Position numbers and translations under genes: made by a program
From: Chrysomallon squamiferum
Lineage: Eukaryota; Animalia; Mollusca
DNA length: 64,000 bases
Assembly: GCA_012295275.1 (NCBI GenBank)
Contig: CM022668.1
Location: 12,772,001-12,836,000, forward strand
Direction of reading: 5' to 3'
Shown here: in pieces, positions 14,575-28,466 of the stretch
Position numbering within the stretch: position 1 is the stretch's first letter
Layout of the letters: every line of letters starts with the position of its first letter
The notes under the pieces: generated by a model
Database searches by the model: none
Told to the model about the DNA's origin: nothing
The model's input: only the letters and a program-made list of their open reading frames with translations

Positions 14575-15010
14575 ATTGGACAAAGTCATTTTTCTCTTAA
14601 TAACTATTCAACACAGAGTAAATGTCATTCTTTTACATTTCCATCCTTTTCATTTTCCATGGTAAGAGGCATCGATGGTTGTGGCTTTCAAAAAATGGGT
14701 TGTTGATTTTTTAATCATTTTTTTTATGGTATAAGTTTTTTCAAATAAATGTACTTTTGATTAGTTCTTGGCCATGATAGTTAGAGGTCATCATCATCAT
14801 CATCATCATTATACCATAGCACTATATATAAATGTACTTTTGGCCATGACAGCTACAAACTATTCTTCTTTTTCTTATTTTTATTTTTATTACTGATATT
14901 ATTATTATTATTATTATTAAACCACAGCACTATATATAAATGTACTTTTAGCCTTGACAGCTACAAACTATTCTTCTTCTTCTTCTTCTTCTTCTTATTT
15001 TTATTACTGA

Positions 15011-15050
<40 letters not shown>

Positions 15051-15400
15051 TCATACAGCACCTATTCTAAGTATGTTCAAGGGTGGGTTTTTTTTACAAA
15101 GTAAAAATAATGAAGTAAACAAATTGTCGAACCTGGATGATGGATCAGAGCTCGTTTCCTGTAAGCCTTCTTCATTTCCTCTTCTGTGGCGTTTTTAGAA
15201 ACTCCCAAAATCTTGTAATAGTCTTTTCTTTTACTCTTCTTCAGCTCTCTCTTGGCTTCCTGTAATAACATTTTGTTTTCTGAAGAAAAAAAAAAAAAAA
15301 TTGTCAAAGATAAAATATTAACGACAAAAAAAAAAGTATTTTGATGTAGTGCTTTTATTACACAATTTACGTGGAAAAACACGACAAGAGAAATTATATT

Positions 15401-15438
<38 letters not shown>

Positions 15439-18400
15439 TAAATTTACTAATCACAATTATTATGGAAATTTTAGTGAAATATGAAATAACTCAAATGATA
15501 CAACATTTCATCTCTTGTGATAAATTAATTCTGAGCTGGATTAATAAAGTAGTAAATGTTGGGTTTACCTCTAGATTTGTCGATGGTGACTACTTTCTCA
15601 TAATCCCTCACTGCTTCTTCGAATTGTTCTTTATCCATGTAACTGGAAAATAGAAAAAAAACCATTAAATAATAATAATATGAAACAAAAATAAATAAAT
15701 GAATAAAAATATATTTAGAAGAAAATAAATAACATTTTGAGATAAACTCTTAAAAATTCAAACCAAAACATTAGATAATATTTCTACCATTTCTGAAGCT
15801 TGATAAAGACAGTAATTTAGATTTTGAAAGAAACACTTCAAGAAATTTCAATATTAACATTTACAAAATATTAAAACATTTAAGAAAATTATTAGTGAGA
15901 TAAATGCCTTGCCTTTAATTCAAGGACCATTTTTTATTTATTTATTTAATTGTTATTACAGTAACAGATATTAAATTTACACCATAAACAGAAAATTGTT
16001 TAATAATCTCAAAAATACTGAATTGTATTAGTTTTGATGTAGGACATATTTTGACTCGTTTTCTCTATGATAAAAAACAACAACAAAAAAACAAACTAAA
16101 AATAAAAATAAAAATAAAAATAAATTTTAAAAATTATAAAGCAATAATCTGAGACAGATATATGTAAATGTTCACTTGACATAAACTTACCATTTTGCTC
16201 TACGTAAGTAAGCTTTCTGGTATGTGTTGTCCAGTTCTATAGCAGCAGAGCAATCTTTTATAGCTTGATCTATATTATTTAACTGAAACAAAAAGTTGGA
16301 AAAGATATTATAATACCTAGTAAAATTTAATTATTTTTCTTATTTAATTATAATAAAATTAAAGAAAATCAAAAAAAAATAAATTATATCTAAAGACAGA
16401 TTCTAAAACCAGTGTATGTGGTTTTTCATAGACAAATGTCAAAACCATAATTCTATTCATTATATTTTAAGAGTCACAGCAATTCTTCATAGGCAGATCC
16501 CAAACATTTTTGAATTTACATAAAAAAATGTCACAAAAAAAGATTTTAAAACAAATGTATGTGTGGACACTGATATTTCTATTACATTCTACTTTATAAT
16601 TAAGACAATACACTGGCAAATCTATATTAATTATATGCAACCTAGTTATTGGAAAACAGCTTTTATACACATCAGCTACAGAATAATGATAAAATACTTG
16701 ATTATATTCCATCTTCAAAGGCAGAGGTGCTCTACTGAATTTACTGTACAAACAGGATAACACTAGCAAAATGATATTAATTATATTCAAGTTAACTTCT
16801 TAGAAAGCAGTTCTTGAACACTTCAAATATGGAATAAGAAATGGTTGCTCTATTATATGTTCTATATGAACATACATTGCAAAAATTATTGCTCTTAATT
16901 ACATTTAACTCTCAAAAAGGAGTTTTAAAACACTAGAAATATAAAATAAAAATAAAATACTTGGATTATATTCTACCTTAGAAGATACAGTTGCTCTACT
17001 GAATTTATGGTATAAACATATACTGGCAAAATCACAGCTCTGTTAAATTATAATTCAAGTATAATCCTTCAAAGGTACCTTTTGAACATCTTAAACATAG
17101 AACAACAATAAAATGCTTGGATTGTATTCTACCTTAGAAGACATGAATGCTCTATGAATCTATGGTATAAACATATAATTCAAGTGTAATTCTTGGAAGG
17201 CAGCTTTTTGAACATCTTTAACATAAAATGAAAGTAAAATGATTGGATTGTATGTATCCTACCTTAGAAGACACGGTCGCTCTGTTGAAGTAGAGTTTTG
17301 AGTTGGTCAGCTTGTTGTTGGGGTCTAAGGCCATGGCCTCAGTGTACAGATCGTAGGCCTCCTTTAGATGACCAGCTCTGAAGGCCTTGTTCCCTTCTTC
17401 CTTCTTAGCAATCAGCGACTTTGCTTTCTGAAACACACATTTCAAATATAGAGCAAACAGCAGCAGCAGCAGCAGTAATGAATTTCCATTTTATGCATTT
17501 TCAACATGGGTTAATAAGTTTTTAAGTTTATGTATTGTTGTAATACCCACACAAACAGCCCATTTCTTCATTTGTGGCCCGATATTTAGAATCAGGGAAG
17601 CCATTTCAGAAGACGACCTTCAAGTAAATAAGATTATTAAAAATCTCCTGTTAACTTTACTCGTCTGGTCTCCGTAACCTAGAGAATCTTTTTTATCTGA
17701 GTAACACTTAAAATACACAATACTTAATTATTGCTAATGCAGAAAAAAAAAAACTAACAACTATTTCTAAGATGCTACTGTAATTAGTATGTATCAGTTA
17801 TTATTTTAATTGTAGCAGTCCTGTTCTAAACTCTGTGCTGACTTGATGATTTATAAATCAAGCAAAAATAAATAAAAATAAAATAAAACATGTTAAATTT
17901 TAGTGTCACAACTATAATGAGGCTAACTTAAAATATCTATATAATCCATATGCTACTATAATTAGTATGTATCAGTTATTATTTTAATAGTAGCAGTCTA
18001 GTTCTAAACTCTGTGCTGACTTGATGATTTATAAATCAAGCAAAAATAAATAAAAATAAAATAAAACATGTTAAATTTTAGTGTCATAACTATAATGAGG
18101 CTAACTTAAAATATCTATATAATCGACAAGTCATATGTTCATAATTATTCTTTGAATCTGTAAGTAGGGAACATGCTGTTTTTGGAAATACACTTCATAC
18201 AAGTCAATTATAAGAAAAAAATGTAAAAAAAAAAAAAAAAAAATGAAAAACCTTTTTTAAAGTTTCAATCTCGTGTTTGTTAACTATTTCAGTGTCTAAA
18301 ATCTTTATCAGAAAATTTCATTTACATTTAACACTTTCTTCACTGTCTAGTTTCCAGGGGTAAACAATTCACCAGATTTCAAAGCAATGATGTAATACAC

Positions 18401-21400
18401 AGTGACAAAAAAAAAAATCTCAGCACCTTGTTCTAAGTTAGGTTTTTGTCGGAACTACATTGTTGGGGTAAAAAATCCAAAAATTAGCTTATCTCTCAAA
18501 ATCTCCTGAAATGGATCCATTCTTCATTGTTGAAAATCTTCATGACTTTTCACACACACATTACTTGCATATGGTTAGCTAAATTTTTAATAATTTTTTT
18601 TTATCCTTTTGACTATCATGCAACTATATATAGACACAATGGTAGACCATGAACTTAATTAAAATAAATAAATAAAAAATTTAAAAAAAAGGGAAGAAGG
18701 TTCATAACAACAGTCAGATCAACCAAATACTCAGGGTCTTCAGTCACTCAAGTTTAAGAATGTGTAAGTGGAGATATAATTAATACAAACAGCATCACAC
18801 GTCAGAGGAATTATAACTAATACAAACAGGGTCATGTTTAATGATTTATGATCAAAAGAAAACAAATCAATAAACTTTTAAAAATATTTTTACTGATGTT
18901 TTGATTGTAAAAACTGTCATATGACAAAGGTAGTAACAAATATTGTTTCCAAACCACCACATCACAAATGTAGCTAAGACTGGGATAATGCAAGCTAGGT
19001 TGCACGCATTGGGGATTAAGTTTGTTGTGTATTGGATTTTATACACAGAACTCGATACACATTTCACTTGAAAACAAATACATTATTTTTTTTTCATTTA
19101 GTTTTTGTTTTTGGTTCACTAATACACAACTTACTGAAGTAGTTGTACTAGTCATGCATGCCTGAACATTTACTGAATGCTATTTAAACATAATTTTTAA
19201 TGATACAACTATAAAACATCAGGTAGGGGTAAGTTAATATGAGCTTAATCAACTATACAGGGTAATGAAAATAAAATAAAATTATTTAAAAAAAAATAAA
19301 ATTAATGAATGATTAAAATATCTGAAATGTTAAACAAATTCACTAAAATGAAAAATATATTTAAAAACAAAAACTGAAGTGTGACAAAAAAAATTTAAAT
19401 TTAAAATTTAAAAATTAATGAATTCAAATACATGAAACATTAAACAAATTCACAGGAGTGTAAAACAAAAACCAGGTTAATAAAATTTGAAAAAATTAAA
19501 ATTAAAAATAAATAAATTAAAAATTAATAAATAACTGAATATATCAAGCACACAAATTCACTTAAGTGAAAAAAATACATTTAAAAACAAAAACTGTAGA
19601 AGAGTGAGTGAAATTGTGGAGTGACTGTTCAGAACATAATTAAATATTACTGATTACTGTATATGGTTTATTACTGCAAGAGCAAATCTCTTTTGCTTGT
19701 CATATAAACATTATAATAATAAATATGAAAAAAATTGAAGTTACTAATTAAATAATTTAAAATGGAGTTCTATAAGACACAATTATCTCCAAAGTGATTT
19801 AATTAAAAAAAAAAAAAAATTAAAAAATAGTATTTACAAAGTAAGCCTTCCAACACTGCACCCCAATTCAGAAATATTCATATTTACTTGAATTATTTTG
19901 AAAAAAAAGAAAGAAGTAATATCTAATTATAAATAATCTGTCACAACCAAAAAAGTGCAGTAACAAATGAAAATAAAAATAATTTATATGCAGCCTCGAT
20001 CCTTAACAAAAGAAAACAAAAATCGAAGTTTTAACCAAAACAAATTAACTAATGATACGACTGATTTAATAAAACAATCGTAATTTTTTTTATAACAATT
20101 ATTAATAATTGTTAATGAAAACACACCAAAAAGACTTCTTACCCTATAGACCTCTCTAGCTTTCGGGTGATCTGGGTGCAGTCGTAAGACTTGTTGAAAA
20201 TGTTGGAAGGCCTTCTCTGCATTGTCTTGGTAATACAGACACAAACCTCGGACAAAAAGCGCCTCTGCATTCATCCTGTCTAATGCGAGAACTCCACTAT
20301 TAAAAACAACAAAAATAAACTTTGTTTGTGGTGTTAACTACAGAGGTAAACAAATAACAGATTTTGTGTTTCATATTCTAAGGCAGATTGCATGACAGAG
20401 TTTTGGTATTTGTCTAAGCAGCGATCCATGTAATATACACTATTAAAAATTACCAAAATAAATTTTGTTTGTGGAGGTTTCTTGAGAGATAAGCTAAAGA
20501 TAGACATCATAGATTTTATTTCTTCCCATGTTGCATGTTTAGACATGTATGACAGTTTGGGAAAGCTGATGTGAAAACTCTACTATTGAAAATAACAAAC
20601 TTTGTTGTGGTATTAACAAGAGAGTAAATTAAACACAGAGTTGTTTGTTGGTTATTTTCATTTTCCAGGTTTAGGTTTGTATATCAGAGTGGAAACATTT
20701 CCACTGCATACACCTTAGCTAATGGGAGATTTCCACCATTAAAAATAAAAATAAACTTTGTTGTCGGATTAACTCAGACAAACAGAAACAGACAAAACAG
20801 GATCTAGTGTTTTTAACACTGAATAATAATGTTGGTTGATTTGTTATTGATCACAAACCATTTCATTATTTGCAAGTTCAGTAGTTTTTATCAAGTCTTT
20901 GCATATTCATTTATCAACAAGCAATGAAAAATTTTCTACCTCTTTTTGCACACAATAATCAAATCAGTAAATTTTTTTTTTAAAATAAACTCATCATTTT
21001 TAAATTCAGTTACTTGTACTTGGGATCATGTATAATGATTAAGATTAAATTTTAATAAAACAATGGAATTGTAAATATCTATGTTAAGTTAAAAGAAGAT
21101 ATAAATACCATTTAAATAAAAAAAAAAAAAATAAAAAAAAAATAAATAAAGGTTATTGTTTTACTTGGCAATTTCTTGGGCTTCCTGACATCTTCCTAGA
21201 AGAGCCAAACATTCAGCTTTGATGAGCTTATACCGAACACATGTTGGGTATTTGTCTAAGCAGCGATCCATGTAATATACACACTGACAAGTAAAAAAAA
21301 AAATTAACATAAAATAAATAAATAAATAAATAACACCAAGTTCAAACAAGCAAAACAATTACACATACACATTCCTGTTCATGTTTGACTTCATTAAAAT

Positions 21401-24400
21401 TTCTTAAAATATAGCTTTTATTTAATGCAGTTAAATGTATATATCATAATTCTTTATAATTACTGTTATTATATTTTTTTTTTTGGTTAAAACAATTGAA
21501 ATTGTTGTAGGTTTCCAAATTTATCTGTCAAAGCTCAACATTACATTGTGGATAGTTTTCTTCATGCAAATAAGTATTATTGTAGATATTAATGGTGATA
21601 CTTTAAAACCCAACCTTTTACATAATACATAGTACCCATTAGATGATAAACAACTCTCTGCAATTTTAGTAACTTGTTATAACTTACTGTTCTGTAATCA
21701 CCATTAGAAAAGACAGTTTCAGCTTTAGATTCAAATTCACTTATACTCTGTGCTGCTTTCAACTGAAATTAAAAATTTACATTTTTTTTTTGACATATTT
21801 TAAAAAATCAAATTTATATTTGTTCTGTAGTTACAAAATAAAGAAATAATGTAGCAGAATAAAAAAAAAAAAATTAAATATTAAATTTAGAACTGTAAAA
21901 ATTATTAAATTAAATTAAATAAATAAAAAAGCTTCTGAAGTCTAAACTGAGTGCACTGCAGATAACAAAAAAAAAAAAAACAAACAAAAAAAAAGATTCC
22001 AATTCCATGTGTTCCTATGTACATGAACAAACATATTTAGAATCATATCATGATCATTTTCAGATCCTGAAATCCCAGAAATCTTTAAAATGACAAACTG
22101 CAGTTGAATGTGATAGTCAGCCATTTCTACAATTATCCAATATACACTTCAAAATATATATTAAATAATAATAATTATTATTATTATTATTATAAAAGTA
22201 GCAATATTTCAGGTTTTATAAGAAATAACAAAAACCACAGCAAAAAAAGACAAAAATACTCACTTCATTTAAAGCTACAGAATTCTTAGGCTCAATCTCA
22301 AGAGCACGTTGATAACTTCTAATAGCAGCTGTAGAATTTCCTAATGCTAAATGACATTTACCTTCTCTTAAGTAACCCTAGAAAACAGAAGCAAAAACAA
22401 CTTATTAGTTCATTGTCCCCTTAAAGCAAAATCTACACTGTAAAAAAAAAAAAAAAACAAAAAAAAAAAAAAATGAAATTTTAATCCCAATCAAACATGC
22501 TTCCAAATATAATCCTGAATGCTCTTAAAAACCAGCATAGTCAAATTAATAAATTTCCTATAAAACTATTATTATTGTACCATTTGCCAAACCATCGTTA
22601 TTAAAATAACAAAAATAAGGAAATAATAATGAAATTTTCCCCCTGCTATTTCAAATGAAAAGAACTGGGTTTAAAAATCATAAATCTTGAACTACAAGGA
22701 ACCAAAATTGAAGTGGACAGTTTTTAAAATCTGATATTAATCTACTGAAGTTTTCTAAATTAACTTCATGATATTACTACCTTCACAAAACATCTGAACA
22801 AGAAGGCAAAGACGTTATCAAAAATTAAAAAATATATATTTTACGGTAAATTTACACGAACTACAAGGAACTAAAAAAGAATCAAACAGTCTTTTAAAAT
22901 ATTAACTTCATGAAAAAATTACCTTCACAAAAGTAGGGTCAAGACGAACTGACTGTTGTGCATCTTCTAAAGCTTCTCTGTATCTGTTCAACATGATGTA
23001 CGTGGCTGCTCGGTTGCCATAATACGATGCACATGTTGGACACAGATCTTTAAAAATAATTTAAACACAGAATCTGTAACAGTATCTTTGATATAAAAAC
23101 AACAAAATTAGTAATGTAATAATAACAGTAACAGTAATGCTAAATTATAGTAACATCAATAACAATAAATTTATAACGATAACAATAAATTTATAATAAT
23201 AAACAAGTAATAATAAATTCTTAACGATATTATAAAATTATTACTATTTCTCTTATTAACCCTAATAAAAATGTAACAGTATCGTTAATATAAAAATAAC
23301 ACAATTAGTAATGTAATAATAACAGTAACTGTAATAATAAATTTATAACAGTAACAGAAATAGTAATAATTTTATATTAACTCTAATAAAAAAACATTTA
23401 TAGTAACATCAATAGCAATAAATTTGTAACAATAACATTAATAATAATTTTGTAACAATAATTGCCAAAAAAAAAAAAAATGTACAATAAAACTTATGCA
23501 ATATGCTGTTTCATAACAATTTAAGTTTTTTGCGTTTTGAAAACACCCCATCCACAATCATTTTAAAGCATTAAGACTTTTTATATCTACCTTTATAAAG
23601 TCATATGATAATCAAAACTCTTATTCTTGGCATCTTTTGTGGTACAAATAGTGTTTAAAAAAAAAAAGGCTTATACTTTTTCAGTGTGTTTTACCACTGT
23701 GGACAAACTGTCATTGCTCATAACTGAGTAAAACAAGAAAAGAATAGTTTTTAAAATATTCCATTTTTCTGTAACTGTAATTTCATCATAAAGAAGGTAG
23801 ACTGTCAACTGTACAATAATACTGATATTTTTTGACAGCACTAGAATAAATGTTAGAACAATTTGGCTTGTCTGCCCTATACATGATAAATTCTACAGAA
23901 TAATTGTGAAAACTGTTATAAAACATTAAAAAAATGTTTAACCATTCTAGATACTTACTGATTGCATTACTGTAACATGTTATAGCTTGTTGGTAATTCT
24001 TGTCTTTGTAAAATGCATTTCCCTCCTCTTTGAACTTTTCTGCTTTTAATAATATTCTGAAGAAAAAAAACAGGAATAAACAAATACATGAAAGTATTAA
24101 TAAGGTAATACTGAAATGATTTAGTTTAAATGCATGCATGAAGAATTTTTTAAAATTTTAAAAATAAAATACTGATTACATGACTGTAATCCCTAATATT
24201 TTGAAAAGCAGGTTTTAAGTACAGAACAGTTGGAATCTATGAAAAATATATATACAAGGAGCTAATTTAATTGTAAATACAACACACACACACACACACA
24301 CACATACAGACAAACCAAGTACTCTAATTAGTTACTGTCATTAATGCATTCTTTTCTGCATAAAGATAAAATATAAAATTCAATAATTTACTTTTAATTA

Positions 24401-26512
24401 TGAGTAGATCAACTCTTTAATTTCAAACACCATGGAAATAAAAGAAACTTTTTTTTTTTTTTCCCCCGAAACATATTTTATAATATATATAATTTTTATT
24501 ATTATTATTATTTGTTACTGCATTACATTTTTTCCCCTTCAAAACATATTTTATAATATATATAATTTTTATTATTATTATTATTTGTTAATGCATTACA
24601 TTCCCACCCCCAAAAACATTTTATTATTATTTTTTACTGCATTACAAAGACAGTTTGACAATACACTAATTATCACATATAATAATTTTGCAGATTTAAT
24701 TGTGTCATTCAAAATACTCCATTATTTATTTTTGTCTTCCAATTCAATTCTAAATGCATTTCCTGGCAATGAAGCTCATTCCAAGAGCTAATAAAAGAGA
24801 AAATGTTTAACCTGATTTTAGACTGTGCCAAAAAGATCATGTTCATGCTTCACAGCTTTAAATAGTTATAGGAAAATGTAAACAATAACAGGTAATCTTA
24901 AAAGATTTATTTTTTTCTAAAATTAATAAATGATATTTATGCATAAATCAGCTATTTTACCTGAAACAAAAGATGCAACCTGAAAAAAAATAGATCAGAC
25001 AAAACTATTTTGACAACAGTCAATAAATTTTATTAGAATTTATGTGTTTGTGGATATAAACTGGCTCTGTATTAATACTATTTATTATTTTATATATATA
25101 TATATATATGTGTGTGTGTATATATATATATATATATGTTGTCTGCAATGTTAACCAATGCTGAAAAATGAATTAGACAAAGCAAACTGGAATAGTTTAC
25201 ACAATCAGGAATGTCATTAAAAAAAAAAAAAACAAGCCTCACATTTCAAAGAGGCTTAATTAAGTAAGTAAAGTTAAGTGTTGTATGTGGAGTAACATTG
25301 AAATTTTTGTGTGTACTGGCCAACAATGTGTTCTGTTAAAAACATCTTATTAAAAAAATTACTCATAACTTCTAGCATAACTTAGTCAACTGTTTTACGC
25401 TATTACTTTAATTAGTAATTAAGTGGTAATTTTACATTAATAAGACTTGGACAGAAAGAATATTAACAAAATGATAGTCTTTATATGAACATGAATGAAT
25501 GAATGAATGTTTAACAACACTGCAGTATGAAAAACACTTTATATGAACAAAGCATCAACCACTAATACTTTAGTCTTTAGTAACTAATATAATTCAATGT
25601 AACAGACTTATGACTGTTTATGTCACTTTACAGTTTCTGAGGCAATAGAAAACAACAATTCATTAAGAATGGAAATGAGGACATTTATGACAACCTGACC
25701 TGAACTTCCTAACATGCCATTTCTTTTAACTGGATGTAAATACAAACAAAGAGACAGTGGTAAATAATATGAAATGCAGGTAAATAGGGGTTACTTAATT
25801 ACATATTAAGTGACACATGGATGAATTAAATTTGGGGCAAAGTGACTTATTCTACGCATGTGCTTAGTCACGACGACCCACATGTAACCGCGATCTAACC
25901 AACCACTTGTCAGAAAACGATTCCAGTATAATTATGTCAATGGGTCAATAAAAAAATAAAAATAAATATATAAATCAATTAACCCCCCAAAACCGAATTC
26001 ATCATAATTATTAATTATCAATTAACAACAGACATTTATGCTACTTTTACACCTTTTTTGTCATAATGCATGTTTAAACAGTTTTTAAAACAATTCTTCC
26101 TGTTCCTTTGTAGTTTCCGATTTCAACGTTTCGTTTGACATTGGTCACGAGCAACAGTCACGATTTGTAATATACTGTGATCATATTCTTCCAAACTGAT
26201 TTCATATTTATAATTGTTGCTTTAATTGGTTATTATATTTGTAAAAATATAAAACAAAATGTGTTAATTTACGAAACTACTGAAAAGGAAAATACGGAAT
26301 TTCCCACAATTCCAGAAATTTCTAGAACGTAACATTCGAAAATAGCTTTTCTCTAACGTGCGTATATAAATAAATATATTAAATTAAAAAGTTATACTAA
26401 ACTGTTCTTGTGTTAATTCTTCAGCTATATGATTACATTCATCTTCTTCCATTTTTTCTTCCTCTTCTTCTGTCGGTATTTCGTTCATATTTTGATTATC
26501 GTCAGACATCAT
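12791..26512 (-). CDS. DNAJC7: DnaJ homolog subfamily C member 7 (TPR2; TPR repeats plus C-terminal J domain); apparent frameshift in exon 12
   Basis: 13 exons on the minus strand: 26512-26403, 24056-23959, 23047-22923, 22377-22264, 21762-21688, 21283-21165, 20296-20143, 17427-17263, 16282-16191, 15642-15569, 15279-15133, 14529-14376, 12924-12791 (TAG). TPR motifs include [29 protein letters not shown] and KAYLRRAKC. The J domain reads KDYYKILGV...HHPD...[18 protein letters not shown], followed by the G/F tail [16 protein letters not shown]...FTFNFG*. All phases fit except exon 12 (154 nt; 153 or 156 would keep the frame). Confidence 0.95.
12890..13730 (-). repeat. Array of about 150-165 bp units, each with the acceptor and first ~35 nt of the DNAJC7 last exon
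   Basis: CAAAGAATGCTTGAAAGATCTGGTTTGGATCAATATCTGGAA-like copies have acceptor positions at 12925 (real), 13085, 13248, 13394, 13558 and 13708 (partial). Confidence 0.92.
16690..17292 (-). repeat. Degenerate repeat carrying the 3' end and donor of DNAJC7 exon 8
   Basis: CTACCTTAGAAGA...GCTCT at 17259 (real), 17129 and 16973, with a decayed copy near 16707. Confidence 0.75.
17772..18124. repeat. Near-identical 178-bp tandem duplication in DNAJC7 intron 7
   Basis: ATGCTACT...TAATTAGTATGTATCAGTTATT...GGCTAACTTAAAATATCTATATAATC repeated at 17772 and 17950. Confidence 0.9.
25479..25549 (-). mobile_element. Severely 5'-truncated non-LTR retroposon/SINE tail with 13-bp target-site duplication
   Basis: The direct repeat CTTTATATGAACA at 25479-25491 and 25537-25549 flanks a 45-bp insert that ends in an (ATTC)n tail on the minus strand. 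Confidence 0.55.
26296..26305 (-). promoter_or_regulatory. NF-kappaB/Rel consensus site adjacent to the HSE
   Basis: GGAATTTCCC (reverse complement GGGAAATTCC) fits GGGRNWYYCC and sits 4 bp from the HSE. Confidence 0.45.
26310..26327. promoter_or_regulatory. Heat-shock element (four alternating nGAAn units) in DNAJC7 intron 1
   Basis: TTCcaGAAatTTCtaGAA is a perfect match to the HSF consensus. It lies about 75 bp inside intron 1 of an Hsp70/Hsp90 co-chaperone gene. Confidence 0.7.
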
Positions 26513-26844
26513 GTTGCTGTTGAGTAATGGCCAACAACGGGAAACTGCGAGACTTTACGGTGAAATCCGTGACGTTAGTTAACTCAATCTTAAATAGACT
26601 TTTTGACAGTCATTAAATTTTCACACAGCAGTCTCGTTCTTTTGTTCCTTTTTTTCCGCCACTTTTCATTCTGTCATTTTTAAAAACAAATATAAAATCC
26701 TTGTGAAAAAATGCTTATTAAGATAATGTATAATAGAAAATCCTTTTTAGTGCTGTAATATAACTGTATGCTATTCTAAGAAAGATTTCACTGGATTTTC
26801 TAAAAAATCCAGAAATTTTTAAATGAATAAATAACCGATCATAC

Positions 26845-26917
<73 letters not shown>

Positions 26918-27381
26918 TGTAATTTGTTTTTTTCTACGTTACTTTATAGTAAAGTTTATGAAACCATATGATGTAGTCTTTTGTAGAAAATAGATAAAAT
27001 GTACCCATATAAACAAATTCTTACTAGTTACTTGGTATATTTTCTGTACGGACTGCACGGAAGTGTTTGCTTATTAGACTGTATACATAATTATAATAAT
27101 ACCATTTGCATTTAAATAATAATCATTATAATCAAGTCCGTCCAGATAAGCTATGAAGCAAACAAAAATGTTGGGTAATTTCTTTATTATTAAATTTCGT
27201 TACTAAAAATATTTAGTTAAAGGTAAACATTTTATAAAATATATCATTTATTATAATTGATTTATTTGTTTAGATAGCTTCAAGTTATTGCTGTTAAATA
27301 ATAATAATAATAAATAAAAAAAAAAAAAAAAAAAAATATAGTGCTCTAAAAAAAGGGAAAACAAACGAAAAGGAAGAAGTA
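26513..27381. promoter_or_regulatory. Divergent (bidirectional) promoter region between DNAJC7 and the ASB-like gene
   Basis: The start codons are about 870 bp apart on opposite strands. The region has a CRE-like GTGACGT near 26569, an ETS-like CGGAAGTG at 27058-27065, an inverted repeat CTGGATTTT...AAAATCCAG at 26791-26812, and an (ATT)n tract in the middle. Confidence 0.6.
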
Positions 27382-28433
27382 ATGGCAGACGATGATCCAG
27401 AAAATCGGGAGTTTGTTCATAAATTACGAAAAGCAATTGGACATTGTGATGAAACAACAGTCCAGAGACTAATAAAAGGCGGCGTTAATGTTAACGGTCG
27501 TTACTGGGTATATAACACAAATTTAATCATTGCTGACTACAGAATAATTGTTTTTATAGCTTCGTTATTTTAATCGTATAAAATTATAAATGCACCCGCG
27601 TCAAATCACTAATGAGACTGTATGATACAGTGTATCAGTGTATGAGTATTCAAGAATAAGTTCATTCATCGCTGACAGTTTTTTTTTGTAATTATGTCCA
27701 GATTTATCAGCATTAGACTAACGCTAAATATATTATTTCTGTTATAATTTATAGTGTAAAATTAATATGTATATCACTATATGTATCATTGTATGTATCA
27801 TATAAATATCCTAATTAATATATGAAAGACTTCAGAACGTCATAATGACAGTATGTCCATAAAATAGATTCCTGCTCAGCCCTCTTTTTCATGTCATGAC
27901 TAAACTGTATTTGATGAATGGGCTTTACTTTTTAATCTTTTCAGAAAATTTACTGTTTAACATCCAATATATTTTTTCTTCTTCTATATTTTGCAGTATG
28001 ACAGTACTCTTTTACATGAAGCTGTCTCTGTAAACAGTTTACCAATTGTGAGTTCATTAATCAAAGCAGGGGCTGATGTGCATGCTGCTAATCAAGTAAG
28101 TAATAACACTAATACAATCTGTGACCAAATGACAGTTCAGTTGGTCATGCTATAAGATTTCAGAAACATATCTTTTGGTATGCTTCAGATGAAACCAGAT
28201 TTTGTTTTGTAATATAGACTAAATTAATATTACGGCAATATATTTTCATTGCTTTTTTGTCAAAGCATGCTTTTATATTCCTAAAATAAAAATAAAACCA
28301 TTGCTTTTTAATTTTTAGGACAGACGAACACCTCTTCACATAGCATCAAGATCAGGAAGATCTGATGTGGTCAGGGAACTGGTCAGAGCTGGAGCCAAAG
28401 TAAATGGTCAGACTATAGTAAGTTTACTTGACC

Positions 28434-28466
<33 letters not shown>

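Noticed and set aside
27508-27996. Possible U12-type intron (donor GTATAT)
   Set aside because: It does not match the U12 consensus GTATCCTT; treated as a weak U2 donor. No AT-AC introns were found in the reconstructed genes.
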